Origin: Endozoicomonas sp.
GTDB taxonomy: Bacteria; Pseudomonadota; Gammaproteobacteria; Pseudomonadales; Endozoicomonadaceae
Direction: 5' to 3'
Assembly: GCA_051008495.1 (NCBI GenBank)
Contig: JBPCXN010000127.1
Location: 15,273-79,272 of the forward strand
Length of the DNA: 64,000 bases
Position numbers and translations under genes: made by a program. Under the pieces are notes generated by a model. It was not told where the DNA came from, searched no databases, and worked only from the letters and a program-made list of their open reading frames with translations. Position 1 is the first letter of the stretch, and every line of letters starts with the position of its first letter. This document shows, in pieces, positions 1 to 10,882 of this stretch.

Positions 1-260
1 TCATCACCAGGCACCACTGAAACATCAAACCTCAAAAGAGGTTTTTGGGTGGGTCTGTGCTGAAGAATATCGGCTCTGAGGTAGGACGGGGAGTCAAAAG
101 GCATTATAGAGTTCCGGTTCAACCGGCCAGGGTTATCGGCTTTACGAACGGCTTCTTTCAGATCCGGATCCAGCCTCTCAAAAGGCTGCCCTCCCTGGGG
201 GCCCTGCACATTTCCTGTTCCAAACATATTCCCTGTGGTTCCTCCCTGAAACCCGGCACA

Positions 261-293
261 AAAGAAAGGGCCTTAATAAAAGGCCCTTTCTTT
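261..293. terminator. Bidirectional intrinsic terminator
   Basis: Perfect 14-bp inverted repeat aaagaaagggcctt / aaggccctttcttt with A/T tails on both sides, ~85 nt downstream of the 379..2499 gene. Confidence 0.8.
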
Positions 294-378
294 ATTCCAA
301 ATCGACTAACAAGTGGGTGTTTTCAAACCTTTGTGTCTCTTCATTGTAGCTGCCTGCCAGCCTGCATGAATTAATCGT

Positions 379-2499
379 TTATCCCCTCATCCAGCTGTGA
401 TAGCGCTCTACCCACTTCAGAACCCCTTGAGGTGCATGGGCTCTTTTCCATTCACCAGCGGCGTATTTGTTGGACTCACTGAGCGTCGGATAAATGTGAA
501 TGGTGCCCAGGATCTTATTCATACCAAGACCGTGCTTCATGGCGCTGATGTATTCAGTGATCAACTCCCCCGCGTGGTAGCCGGCAATCGTCACTCCAAG
601 AATTTTATCCTTGCCGGGCACAGTGAGTACTTTCACAAACCCATGAGCCTCCTCGTCAGCTATGGCGCGGTCCAGGTCGTCTATCCCGTACTTTGTGACT
701 TCGTAGTCTATTCCCTGCGCTTTGGCTTCCTGTTCATTCAGACCAACCCGCGCCACTTCCGGATCGGTAAAGGTGCACCAGGGGATGACGGAATAATCGA
801 CTTTGAACTTTTTAAACTTTCCAAACAGGGCGTTGACCGCACAGTACCAGGCCTGATGAGCAGCCGTATGGGTAAACTGGTAAGGTCCGGCTACATCGCC
901 GCAGGCATAGATATTGGGGTATTTGGTCTGCAGATAATCATTGACGGCCAGGGTTCCCCGCTCTGTTATCTCTATGCCCAGATCTTCCAGCCCCATGTTG
1001 GTGGTATTGGCACGTCGACCTACAGCAAACAGGACCGCATCAAACTCTATTTCCACCTTCTCACCTTCAACGCCGGCTTCCAGCCACTGTCGCTCATCGT
1101 CTTTGTGGAATGATCGGGCTTCATGCTTCAGCCTCAGATCAACACCATCCTTACGGAACTGCTCCATGACCAGCTCGGAGACGTCTTCATCCTCCCGATG
1201 CAACAACCGGGTACCATGATCAACCTGAATGACCTTAACACCGAGACGCGAGAAAGCCTGGGCCAGTTCACAGCCAATAGGCCCACCACCCACTACAAGC
1301 AGGGTTCCGGGTTTTTCGCGAATTTCCCAGATGGTGTCGGAGGTGTAGTAAGTGACACTCTCAACGCCCGGCATTGGCGGCACGAAAGGTCTGCCTCCGC
1401 TGGCGATGATAATGTTGCGGCTGGTCATCCTGCGCCCGTCGACTTCCACTTCCCAGGGACTTAACACCTTCGCGGCCCCTGTCACACAATTCACTCCAAG
1501 TCCAGAGTAACGCTCCACAGAGTCATGGGGCTCAATCTGCTTTATCACAGACTGTACACGCTCCATGACTGCCTTGAAATTCACTTCGACACTGGCGTTT
1601 TCCAGTCCGAACTCATTGGCTCTCTGCACATAGTGAGCCATTTTGGCGGAGCGGATCAGCGCCTTGCTGGGTACACAGCCTGTGTTAAGGCAGTCGCCGC
1701 CCATCTTGTGTTTTTCGATCAGTGAAACCTTTGCTTTCACTGCCGCGGCAATATAACTGCTGACCAGACCGGCGGAACCAGCACCAATCACAGTAAGGTT
1801 GTTATCAAACTTCGCCGGTTTTCTATACCCCCTATAAACTCTCTGTCGTCTGATCAGTTCCATCGCCTGGCGTGCCAGCAGGGGGAATATTCCCAGAAGC
1901 ACAAATGAACCGATCAGTCCCGGGGTCAGGATGCCACTGAGCGACAGTTCCTCAACCTGCCCCAGCTGAGCGCCGGCGTTCACATAAACCATGGTCCCCG
2001 GCAGCATGCCCAGCTGGCTGACCCAGTAAAAGGTCCAGGTGCGTATGGGGGTCAGTCCCATGGCCAGGTTGATGACAAAAAAGGGCACTGCGGGAATCAG
2101 TCTCAGAGTGGCAAGATAAAAAGCTCCGTCTCTTTTTACTCCACTGTTGATGGTATCCAGGTAGCTTGAAAACCGGTTCTGAACCCAGTCCCGTAGTAAT
2201 GTTCTGGAGATCAGAAACGCCAGAGTCGCGCCTATAGTGCTGGCAAAAGAGATAATCATGAAGCCCGTGCCAAGACCAAAGATGGCGCCGCCTATCAACG
2301 TCAGAATGGCCGCACCCGGCAGGGAAAGGCTGGTTACCGCAACATAGACTGAAAAAAACACAGCCCCGGTTAAAAGAGGGTTGTCACGATACAGTGAAAA
2401 AAAGAAATCCCGTGTCAGGTACTGCTGGGCATCCAGGGAATAGAAGGCTCCGATGGCGGCAATCACAGCCAGCAAAAGCGTAACCTTGGTTTTATTCAT
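379..2499 (-). CDS. VTT/TVP38(DedA)-domain fused pyridine nucleotide-disulfide oxidoreductase (dihydrolipoamide dehydrogenase-like)
   Basis: N-terminal membrane domain (LSLPGAAILTLIGGAIFG, LRLIPAVPFFVINL), then GAGSAG FAD motif, redox pair GGDCLNTGCVPSK, GGGPIG NAD motif and HIYPT. Start moved to ATG 2499 (MNKTK). Confidence 0.88.
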   Translation of the reverse strand: MNKTKVTLLLAVIAAIGAFYSLDAQQYLTRDFFFSLYRDNPLLTGAVFFSVYVAVTSLSLPGAAILTLIGGAIFGLGTGFMIISFASTIGATLAFLISRTLLRDWVQNRFSSYLDTINSGVKRDGAFYLATLRLIPAVPFFVINLAMGLTPIRTWTFYWVSQLGMLPGTMVYVNAGAQLGQVEELSLSGILTPGLIGSFVLLGIFPLLARQAMELIRRQRVYRGYRKPAKFDNNLTVIGAGSAGLVSSYIAAAVKAKVSLIEKHKMGGDCLNTGCVPSKALIRSAKMAHYVQRANEFGLENASVEVNFKAVMERVQSVIKQIEPHDSVERYSGLGVNCVTGAAKVLSPWEVEVDGRRMTSRNIIIASGGRPFVPPMPGVESVTYYTSDTIWEIREKPGTLLVVGGGPIGCELAQAFSRLGVKVIQVDHGTRLLHREDEDVSELVMEQFRKDGVDLRLKHEARSFHKDDERQWLEAGVEGEKVEIEFDAVLFAVGRRANTTNMGLEDLGIEITERGTLAVNDYLQTKYPNIYACGDVAGPYQFTHTAAHQAWYCAVNALFGKFKKFKVDYSVIPWCTFTDPEVARVGLNEQEAKAQGIDYEVTKYGIDDLDRAIADEEAHGFVKVLTVPGKDKILGVTIAGYHAGELITEYISAMKHGLGMNKILGTIHIYPTLSESNKYAAGEWKRAHAPQGVLKWVERYHSWMRG

Positions 2500-2543
2500 T
2501 ATCTCGACCTTGCCAGGCACTGCCGAAAAATGCAGTACGTTAG

Positions 2544-3695
<1,152 letters not shown>

Positions 3696-3775
3696 GCACA
3701 GGAAAGGCAGTCTTAGTTTGATACAGAGGCATAGGCCTACCCCTCTGAGACTGTCATCTGGCTGTAACCAGACTC

Positions 3776-3784
3776 TGGTACAAT
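3776..3784 (+). promoter_or_regulatory. Possible extended -10 promoter element for ppk1
   Basis: TGGTACAAT (TGn + TAnnnT) ~110 nt upstream of the ppk1 ATG; motif match only. Confidence 0.3.
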
Positions 3785-3895
3785 ATTACAAAGCTATTCT
3801 TTATATTGATGCTTCAGGAATTCACCAGAGCCAGAAAGTGGAATTCTTAGCCACACAGGCGAAGGTATTGTCACAGTAAAGCAGTAAGAGGTCAC

Positions 3896-6067
3896 ATGGA
3901 TAACTCCCAGAATCAAGAGCTACCGGAACAGCATGAAGGCACCTCAAAACAGCCGGAAGCTTCACCAAAGCCCCCTCGCATTACTGACTTTGGCAACCCT
4001 GATTATTACATCAACCGGGAGCTGAGCCACCTGCAATTCAACTTCCGGGTGCTGGAACAGGCCCTGAATGAAGAGCACCCTCTGCTGGAGCGGCTGCGTT
4101 TCCTGCTGATTTTCAGCTCCAACATGGATGAGTTTTTCGAGATCCGTGTCGCCGGCCTGATGCAGCAGATCGGCTTTGGCAGAGAGCGGGTAGGGTTGGA
4201 CAAGATGGGCCCGCAGGCTGTCCTGAAAGAGATCAGCCGCCTGACCAAGGAGCAGGTGACCCGCCAGTACGAAATTCTCAACAGTATTCTGCTGCCAGCC
4301 CTGGCTGAGAAAGGCATCCGTTTCATCCGCCGCCAGGAGCTGACCGAAAAGCAGAGAGCCTGGATCAAGCGTTTCTTCTATCACGAAGTCATGCCGATCA
4401 TCAGCCCCATTGGCCTGGACCCGGCTCACCCCTTCCCGAGGCTGGCCAACAAGCTGCTCTGCTTTATCGTCTCCCTGGAAGGCAAGGATGCTTTTGGCCG
4501 GGAAACAGGCATGGCGATTATCCCAGCGCCACGTTCCCTGCCCCGGGTCGTCCGCATGCCGGAAGAGGTTTGTGAGGAAGACGGCGAAAACTATGTATTT
4601 CTGTCGTCCATTATTCACCTGCACATGCAGGATCTTTTCCCCGGCATGACCGTTAAGGGCTGCTACCAGTTCCGTTTGACCCGGAACAGCGACCTGGCGC
4701 TGGAGGAAGAGGTGGAAGATCTCGCCAAGGCGCTACAGGGTGAACTGTTGTCCCGGCGTTACGGTGAAGCAGTGCGACTGGAAGTTGTCGACAACTGTCC
4801 TCAGCCACTGGTTGACTTCCTGCTGCAGGAATTCGGACTGACGGAAGACGAACTTCACCAGGTCGATGGTCCGGTAAACCTGACTCGAATGATGTCCGTC
4901 TGCAACAGAGATGATTTTGAAGAACTGCTGTTTCCGCCATTCACTCCTGGCTATCCCAAAGTTCTCGAAAAGCGCCGCAATCGTTCAGTCAATATTCTTG
5001 ATGTTGTGCGTAAAGAAGACCTTCTGCTGCACCACCCCTTCGAGTCATTTACTCCTGTCATAGACATGCTCAGGCAGGCAGCTGTAGACCCGAATGTACT
5101 GGCCATACGGCAAACCCTGTACCGTACAGGTGCTCACTCCGAAATTGTTGATGCGCTGGTAGACGCAGCCCGTAACGGCAAGGAAGTCACCGTGGTCGTA
5201 GAGATCCGCGCCCGTTTTGACGAAGAAGAAAACCTGGCCCTGGCGCTCAGGCTTCAGGAAGCAGGGGCGGTTGTCGTTTATGGAGTAGTAGGGTACAAAA
5301 CCCATGCCAAGATGATGCTGATTGTCCGCAAGGAAGGTAAGAGCATCCTCCGTTATGCCCACCTGGGCACAGGCAACTACCATGCAGGCAACGCCCGCCT
5401 CTATACCGACTACAGTCTCCTGACCAGTGACAAGGACATTACCAACGACGTCCGGAAGATTTTCCAGCAGCTCACCGGCATGGGTAAAACTGTCAGGGTA
5501 CGCAAGCTGTTCCATGCCCCTTTCACTCTGAAGAAAAACCTGATTGAGCTGATCAATAATGAAGCCGCCAGGGCCAAGGAAGGACAACCGGCACGCATCA
5601 TCATGAAAATGAACTCCCTGACCGAGAGTCACCTGATCAAGGCGCTGTACAAGGCTTCCCAGGCAGGAGTGGAAATTGACCTGATCGTGCGCGGAATCTG
5701 CTGCCTGAGACCGGGAGTGGAAGGCCTTTCAGAGAATATCAGGGTTCGCTCCATTGTCGGCCGCTTACTGGAACACACCAGGGTATTCTACTTTGAAAAC
5801 GACAATGAGCACCTTGTCTACTGTTCCAGCGCCGATGGCATGAACCGGAACCTGGATTCCCGGGTAGAAACCTGCTTCCCCGTTGAGAACGCCAAGCTCG
5901 CGGCAAGGGTCAAGAAAGAACTGGAACTCTATCTGTCAGACAACGTTCGCAGCTGGCAGCTCCAAACTGAAGGCAGTTACGTTCAGAATAAACCTACCCG
6001 CGGTCAGCGTCGCCGAAACGCCCAGAGAAAACTGCTGGAATCCCTGGCCAATTACAATCACGGATAG
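3896..6067 (+). CDS. ppk1: Polyphosphate kinase 1
   Basis: [81 protein letters not shown]. Confidence 0.97.
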   Translation: MDNSQNQELPEQHEGTSKQPEASPKPPRITDFGNPDYYINRELSHLQFNFRVLEQALNEEHPLLERLRFLLIFSSNMDEFFEIRVAGLMQQIGFGRERVGLDKMGPQAVLKEISRLTKEQVTRQYEILNSILLPALAEKGIRFIRRQELTEKQRAWIKRFFYHEVMPIISPIGLDPAHPFPRLANKLLCFIVSLEGKDAFGRETGMAIIPAPRSLPRVVRMPEEVCEEDGENYVFLSSIIHLHMQDLFPGMTVKGCYQFRLTRNSDLALEEEVEDLAKALQGELLSRRYGEAVRLEVVDNCPQPLVDFLLQEFGLTEDELHQVDGPVNLTRMMSVCNRDDFEELLFPPFTPGYPKVLEKRRNRSVNILDVVRKEDLLLHHPFESFTPVIDMLRQAAVDPNVLAIRQTLYRTGAHSEIVDALVDAARNGKEVTVVVEIRARFDEEENLALALRLQEAGAVVVYGVVGYKTHAKMMLIVRKEGKSILRYAHLGTGNYHAGNARLYTDYSLLTSDKDITNDVRKIFQQLTGMGKTVRVRKLFHAPFTLKKNLIELINNEAARAKEGQPARIIMKMNSLTESHLIKALYKASQAGVEIDLIVRGICCLRPGVEGLSENIRVRSIVGRLLEHTRVFYFENDNEHLVYCSSADGMNRNLDSRVETCFPVENAKLAARVKKELELYLSDNVRSWQLQTEGSYVQNKPTRGQRRRNAQRKLLESLANYNHG

Positions 6068-6074
6068 CTGTACG

Positions 6075-6905
6075 CTACAGTTTCCTGTGTTCCAGGCACG
6101 GCATTCTGGACCGGGTCTCAGTAATGAGGTCCAGGTTCAGTTCTGCCGATAGAACACAGGGTTCATCTCCCGCTTCTGCCAGAACATCGCCCCTGGGTGA
6201 GATGATCATGCTGTGCCCCCAGGTTTCCCTGCGGTTGGGATGCTCCCCCCCCTGATTAGGCGCCAGCACATAACACTGATTTTCTATCGCTCTTGCTCTC
6301 AGTAAAACCTCCCAGTGAGCTTCTCCCGTAGCCCTTGTAAAAGCAGACGGCACTGTCAGGATACTCACGCCCTGCTCTACCAGCTGCCGGTATAGCTCCG
6401 GGAAGCGCAGGTCATAGCAGATACTCAACCCCGTTCTGGCAAAGCCCATATCGACAACAACTGTCTGACTCCCCGCAGAGTAATCATCGGATTCTCTGTA
6501 GTTACCGGTGTTATCAGCCACCTCTACATCAAACAGGTGTATTTTGTCGTAGCGGGCAAGCTCCTGACCCTGCGGATCGTAAACAAAGCAGGAAGCCCTG
6601 GGGTTTTCACCACTCTCAAGATCGAAAGGAATGGAACCACCAATCAGCCAGGCATTGTAGCGACAGGCAAGATCTGCCATCCATTGCCTGACCGGTTCTG
6701 TATTCCGGCCAAGACCGGTCATATCTCCACCAAAACGGGCAAAACACTCCGGCAGAACGATCAGGTTTGCCGGCCCCTCCAGATCCCTATCCAGCAGGAA
6801 CTCAACCTGTTCAAGATTTTTCCGGGTATCAGCACCAGAACACATCTGGACAATAGCCACTTGAACGCTGCTAGTCACAACCTCCCCCTTCATGGAATAG
6901 CTCAT
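6075..6905 (-). CDS. Carbon-nitrogen hydrolase (Nit1/deaminated glutathione amidase-like)
   Basis: Nitrilase triad motifs VLPE, YDKIHLFD, LSICYDLRFPELY; LLRARAIENQCYV; TWGHSMII. Confidence 0.92.
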   Translation of the reverse strand: MSYSMKGEVVTSSVQVAIVQMCSGADTRKNLEQVEFLLDRDLEGPANLIVLPECFARFGGDMTGLGRNTEPVRQWMADLACRYNAWLIGGSIPFDLESGENPRASCFVYDPQGQELARYDKIHLFDVEVADNTGNYRESDDYSAGSQTVVVDMGFARTGLSICYDLRFPELYRQLVEQGVSILTVPSAFTRATGEAHWEVLLRARAIENQCYVLAPNQGGEHPNRRETWGHSMIISPRGDVLAEAGDEPCVLSAELNLDLITETRSRMPCLEHRKL

Positions 6906-6947
6906 CTGCTATAAACATTGTTCTTAAAATAACCGCAGTCCTGCTCT

Positions 6948-7685
6948 ATGGCATTCAGCAATTATGAATCGTCCCTGTTCAGGGGGATAGAAGAATCGCG
7001 TCCCTGGCAGATTCAGGATGAAATCCGTTCACTCTGCCGTCCCGAAGACCAGTGCCTGGATCTGGGCTGCGGCACGCTGTTCAAATGGTTACCACTTCTG
7101 GACTCAGTCGCTTCTGTCACCGGCCTTGAGTTGAACGATAACATGATCTGCGGCGCCCTGAAGAACATCCGGCAGCGGGGCAGGGGTAAAATGCGACTGA
7201 TCAAGGGGGACTCTGCCCGCCTGCCCTTTTCTGACAACAGTTTTGATCTGGTCACCGCTATCATGGCTCCCAGCGCGTTCGAGCCCGAGGTATCCAGGAT
7301 CCTACGGCCAGGGGGACGATACCTTCTTGAAACACCAACAGAGCAGGATCAGCGAAATATCAAAGAAGCCTTTGGCAAAGATGATGTGGGGTGGAGGTAT
7401 TCCCGTTGCTCACAGCTGCGGCACAGTACTTACGGTCAGAGGTATGACCTGGCGGAGCAGTTCTTTGACCATTTTTCCATTCGTCTTGGGCGCTGGAAAA
7501 CCTGGTATTCCAGGGAAGCATTGCTGTCACTGCTGGAACAGATACCCTGGATCAGAGATTATTCAGCGGAAAAAGACCAAAAGATCATTGAAACTCTTAT
7601 TCAGCTCTATGCCACTGACCAGGGAGTGGAAACAGTTAAGGAAAGAATCCTGCTGATTGCCAGCAAACAGGGTGATGGCCAGTAA
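6948..7685 (+). CDS. Class I SAM-dependent methyltransferase
   Basis: CLDLGCGT motif I, GDSARLPFSDNSFDLV, RILRPGGRYL. Confidence 0.85.
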   Translation: MAFSNYESSLFRGIEESRPWQIQDEIRSLCRPEDQCLDLGCGTLFKWLPLLDSVASVTGLELNDNMICGALKNIRQRGRGKMRLIKGDSARLPFSDNSFDLVTAIMAPSAFEPEVSRILRPGGRYLLETPTEQDQRNIKEAFGKDDVGWRYSRCSQLRHSTYGQRYDLAEQFFDHFSIRLGRWKTWYSREALLSLLEQIPWIRDYSAEKDQKIIETLIQLYATDQGVETVKERILLIASKQGDGQ

Positions 7686-7704
7686 GCAGGGTGATGGTCA
7701 GTAA
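7668..7704 (+). repeat. Tandem 18-bp duplication of the methyltransferase 3' end
   Basis: cagggtgatggccagtaa (7668-7685) and cagggtgatggtcagtaa (7687-7704), 17/18 identical. Confidence 0.85.
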
Positions 7705-7756
7705 ACGACGCTAACTGTTAACATGAGGAAAATAATTCAAGGATGTCCCCTGCAGC

Positions 7757-8572
7757 ATGTGCCTCATCGTTTTTTCCTGGCAGCCTGAAGCCGAATACCC
7801 TCTGGCCCTTGCCGCCAATCGTGACGAATTTTACCGGCGTCCGACCAGGCCCGTGCATTTCTGGGAAGACCACTCCGACATTATCGGCGGCAGGGATCTT
7901 GAAGCGGGCGGCACCTGGATGGCTTTCAACCGTGATGGCCGTTTCGCGGCTGTCACTAACTACCGGGAAGTACCACCTCCGCGCGGAAAATTCTCCAGGG
8001 GAAAGCTGATCAGTGACTACCTGAAAAACAGCCTGGCTGCCAGGGAGTACCTTGCCTCTGTTGCTGCAGTGATTGAAGATAGCCCGGATGACTGGTCCGG
8101 TTTTAATCTCCTGGCAGGGGACAGCTCTGGACTTTATTACTATTCCAACCGCAGCGACAGCATTCAGTCACTTGACCCCGGGCTTTACGGGCTCAGTAAC
8201 AGACTTCTTGATACCCCCTGGCCAAAACTTCAAAAAGCCAAACAGGATCTTCAGGCACTGCTGGACAGTCATAACTATGCAGCCCCTGAGCGCATTGTCT
8301 CGATAATGCACAACCCAACCCAGTACCCTGATGATCAGCTGCCTGACACCGGTGTGGAAATGAAAACAGAGCGACTGCTGTCAAGCTGTTTTATCGCCAG
8401 CCCTGACTATGGCACCCGCAACACCAGCGCCCTGGTTCTGCACAGCAGCGGCAAACTGCTCTGGCATGAACAGCTGTATGAAACGGAGGGCACCAAAGGT
8501 GAGTTTATGCAATTCGAACTGGCTCTCCCCATCGACTTAGCAGCAAAATTTTCTGAAGCGTCTACTCTCTAA
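7757..8572 (+). CDS. NRDE/TANGO2 family protein
   Basis: MCLIVF start, AANRDEFYRRPT, GRDLEAGGTW, AVTNYRE, SRGKL, GLSNRLLDTPWPK, YGTRNTS. Confidence 0.95.
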   Translation: MCLIVFSWQPEAEYPLALAANRDEFYRRPTRPVHFWEDHSDIIGGRDLEAGGTWMAFNRDGRFAAVTNYREVPPPRGKFSRGKLISDYLKNSLAAREYLASVAAVIEDSPDDWSGFNLLAGDSSGLYYYSNRSDSIQSLDPGLYGLSNRLLDTPWPKLQKAKQDLQALLDSHNYAAPERIVSIMHNPTQYPDDQLPDTGVEMKTERLLSSCFIASPDYGTRNTSALVLHSSGKLLWHEQLYETEGTKGEFMQFELALPIDLAAKFSEASTL

Positions 8573-8588
8573 GACTCTCACCTCCAAA

Positions 8589-8754
8589 CCCGGATATTTC
8601 ATAAATTGCTGCGATGATCGCGCAGAACCTTGTGGTACTAAGGAATTTTGCGATTGAGCGCCGTACTGATGTGTACGGTCGATTGAGCAAAATTTTCTTA
8701 GTGCTGCAAGGAGCAAGCGAGGACGCACGCAAATTTATGAAATATCCGGGCTAG
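8589..8754. mobile_element. Palindromic MITE-like element (RPE-like)
   Basis: Perfect 19-bp terminal inverted repeat cccggatatttcataaatt (8589-8607) / aatttatgaaatatccggg (8732-8750), ending in CTAG; internal cgtac...gtacg hairpin; no transposase. Confidence 0.75.
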
Positions 8755-8782
8755 TAAATCATTTAATGTGATTAATGGTTTA

Positions 8783-8893
8783 CGTCGGATTAGGGCTTGC
8801 CCGTAATCCGATATGACGTTACAGGCGTTGCAGGCCTTAACTCTTTCTGCGATCCATGTCGGATGACGAATTTTCAATTCTTATCCGACCTAC
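8783..8893. repeat. Two REP-like hairpins
   Basis: cgtcggatta-gggcttgccc-gtaatccga and gtcggatgacgaattttcaattcttatccgacctac. The reverse complement starts gtaggtcggataag, resembling GTAG-class REPs. A related copy is at 40523-40556. Confidence 0.65.
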
Positions 8894-8969
8894 AAGTCAA
8901 ACCTATTGTTTAGGGCATGTACCAGAGTCAAGAAGAGTGCATTCCCTTAACCAGAGAGTGTGACCTCCA

Positions 8970-9395
8970 ATGAAAAACAGCTTCCAGTCTCTCTCATACA
9001 AATGGTTTTTACTCCTGTTGCCACTTCTGTTGTGTCAGCCCGTCACGGCTGAAACGGCAATGGGCCCCTGGCAGTCTCTGGGCCGCCTGCACTTACTGTC
9101 CAGCAACGAAACAGCGACCCTCAAAGTCATCCACAAGATCCGGGAAACGCCTTTCCAGATCATAAAGTTCCATGCTTCCAGCGGCAGCGTCCATCTGCAG
9201 AAGGCTCGGATTCATATGGAAGATGGCAGGGTGATAAGGGTCAGTATCCAGAAGACGATCCTGGCAGGGCTGGATACCAGAGAGTTCCCAATCCCCTCAC
9301 AGGGACAGGGCATCAGGAAAATAGAACTGCACTACCTGATGAAGGAAAAACACCCTGTTGATATTACTGTTCTGGGGCAGAGTCAGGAGAGGTAG
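8970..9395 (+). CDS. Exported hypothetical protein, DUF2541/YaaI-like
   Basis: Signal-peptide-like N-terminus; W.SLG...V.I.K.I.AG.DTR...IRKIELHY pattern resembling DUF2541. Confidence 0.55.
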   Translation: MKNSFQSLSYKWFLLLLPLLLCQPVTAETAMGPWQSLGRLHLLSSNETATLKVIHKIRETPFQIIKFHASSGSVHLQKARIHMEDGRVIRVSIQKTILAGLDTREFPIPSQGQGIRKIELHYLMKEKHPVDITVLGQSQER

Positions 9396-9462
9396 TCCGG
9401 CGCTCCCATACTGGAGCAATGCTGGAGCAATGCTGGAGCACGGGAGCTTAAACGACAGAGTT

Positions 9463-9843
9463 TCACCAATGCCAGACCTGATCATATTGATTGAAGCAGA
9501 CGGCAATCTCGCCCCTGGAAACACAGGCCAACCCTTCAATCAGGCCTGAACGGTTGATTCCCATGGCCTCCAGATCTTCACTGACCACCAGCACCCTGCA
9601 GCCTTTTTCCAGAAGACTCTGGATATCCCCGGCAATGTCCGGCGGCTGGGTCTGTGAGCTGTCGCCTATTTTCAGCCCGGATGCGTCCTGGTCTATCAGG
9701 CCATAATTGACGGCATTGCCTTGCAACAGCACATCCAGATCTGCCCCCGCACCTTTCAGGGCATGGCTGAGCCAGACAATAGTGTCATCCTGTTCTTCCA
9801 GGGTGGCCCGGTAGGCCGTTTCAATGATGTTGAGAACTTTCAT
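9463..9843 (-). CDS. DsrE/DsrF-like protein (third of trio)
   Basis: MKVLNIIETAY...VLLQGNAVNYG...EDLEAMGI...GLIEG...YDQVWHW fits the DsrEFH fold pattern. Start moved to ATG 9843. Confidence 0.7.
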   Translation of the reverse strand: MKVLNIIETAYRATLEEQDDTIVWLSHALKGAGADLDVLLQGNAVNYGLIDQDASGLKIGDSSQTQPPDIAGDIQSLLEKGCRVLVVSEDLEAMGINRSGLIEGLACVSRGEIAVCFNQYDQVWHW

Positions 9844-9850
9844 CTCGACC

Positions 9851-10264
9851 TCAGCGGGTTGGTATAACGAGTGTGTTGTCAGACGCCAGAGCGAACTTCC
9901 ACATGTCTGCAGGGCTGCCACGCCCTACCCCCTCGACGCACTCGTCCATACCCCGCTCATCGACACAGAGCCCACAGTTGATCCATTCAATGCTGCCGCC
10001 GTTATCCGCAGCCAGTTTCTGCAGCGCTATCACCCATTTATGCGACAGGGGATGATCCTCTTCATCGACATCACGGCCATGAACAGCGTTCGCATGTGGG
10101 CGCTGACGGGCGAAAGACAATCCAACCGCACCTTCGTAGCCAAAGACCTTGATGTTGTGCCCACGTCTTGTGGCAATATCCAGCAACCGGAAAGCAGTCG
10201 CTGTGCGGGCATTTTCAAAAGGTGCATCCATCAGGGCAAAAGTCAGGGTTTTCTGATCAGACAT
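9851..10264 (-). CDS. DsrE/TusD-like sulfur relay protein
   Basis: LTFALMDAPF...AFRL...GHNIKVFGYEGAV and the Cys motif NCGLCVDERG at the TusD/DsrE persulfide position. Confidence 0.75.
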   Translation of the reverse strand: MSDQKTLTFALMDAPFENARTATAFRLLDIATRRGHNIKVFGYEGAVGLSFARQRPHANAVHGRDVDEEDHPLSHKWVIALQKLAADNGGSIEWINCGLCVDERGMDECVEGVGRGSPADMWKFALASDNTLVIPTR

Positions 10265-10279
10265 ACTCACTTTCCTCTC

Positions 10280-10603
10280 TCAATGCCAAAGCACCTTTCG
10301 ACCCTGTTCCAGTTGATCGATCACCACCTCCAGGGAAGCCACTTTTACACCGGCAGCCAGTCCCGCCGGATCTATGCCTCTTTCCTGCAGGGAGAAATCA
10401 TCCACCAGCACTTCCACTCCCTTACCGGCGACTTCAGTCAACCTGGCAGAAGCATTGCATTGTCGTGCAGGAAAGACACCATTCTGAACCAGGAAAAGGG
10501 TGACCCTGCCGCCACTGGCCACCAGGCTCTCTGCCAGTTCATGGTAGTGATTGCAGCCACTGTCGAAAGGATCTCTTGATTCAATCAAAAGATAATCTGA
10601 CAT
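10280..10603 (-). CDS. DsrE/DsrH-like protein (first of trio)
   Basis: LIESRDPF, VTLFLVQNGV, VDDFSLQERGI; DsrEFH-family pattern. Confidence 0.7.
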   Translation of the reverse strand: MSDYLLIESRDPFDSGCNHYHELAESLVASGGRVTLFLVQNGVFPARQCNASARLTEVAGKGVEVLVDDFSLQERGIDPAGLAAGVKVASLEVVIDQLEQGRKVLWH

Positions 10604-10689
10604 TGTTTTCGGCTCCTTGAAGATAAGGTGCCAAAAGAATAGTTAAGGAAAGGAAACTGTGCAGGGATTAGGCGCTTAGCAGAGCCTAT

Positions 10690-10882
10690 GAGCCTGTCGG
10701 ACTTACAACAATTTCAGCCTAAATTCCAGAAAGAACGGCCGCAGCCATGAGCGTTCTAGACAGTTCCGATGAATTCGATTAAATAGGTCAACTATTCGCA
10801 CGAATCCATCGAAAAATTTGACTCGATCTACTGACTCTTACCATGAAGAGCATGCTCGAAAGCATAAGTCGACAGGCTCCTA
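10690..10882. mobile_element. MITE copy A (IS5-like termini GAGCCTGTCGGACTTA)
   Basis: gagcctgtcggactta ... taagtc-gacaggctcc-ta; interior homologous to 13197-13363 and 40316-40482; its end contains the ptsP TAG stop. Confidence 0.85.

Noticed and set aside
45-374. 109-aa plus-strand ORF and recurring tcaaaag hairpin loops (about 33, 95, 178)
   Set aside because: The ORF crosses a terminator and has no recognisable motif; the hairpins match no riboswitch I can recognise. A minus-strand gene may start at 25 (MFQWCLVM), but too little is visible to call.
397-1113. Long antisense ORFs in the track (also 3962-4624, 12122-13153, 27824-28462, 33689-34462, 36903-37748, 39545-40411, 48448-49092)
   Set aside because: Shadow ORFs opposite well-supported genes, with no motifs.
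379-2499. Mercuric reductase (merA) assignment
   Set aside because: No C-terminal Cys-Cys pair, no NmerA domain and no mer operon.
9411-9440. Tandem ctggagcaatg x2.7 inside a gctccc/gggagc stem
   Set aside because: A short slippage repeat in a convergent intergenic region; no spacers, so not CRISPR.
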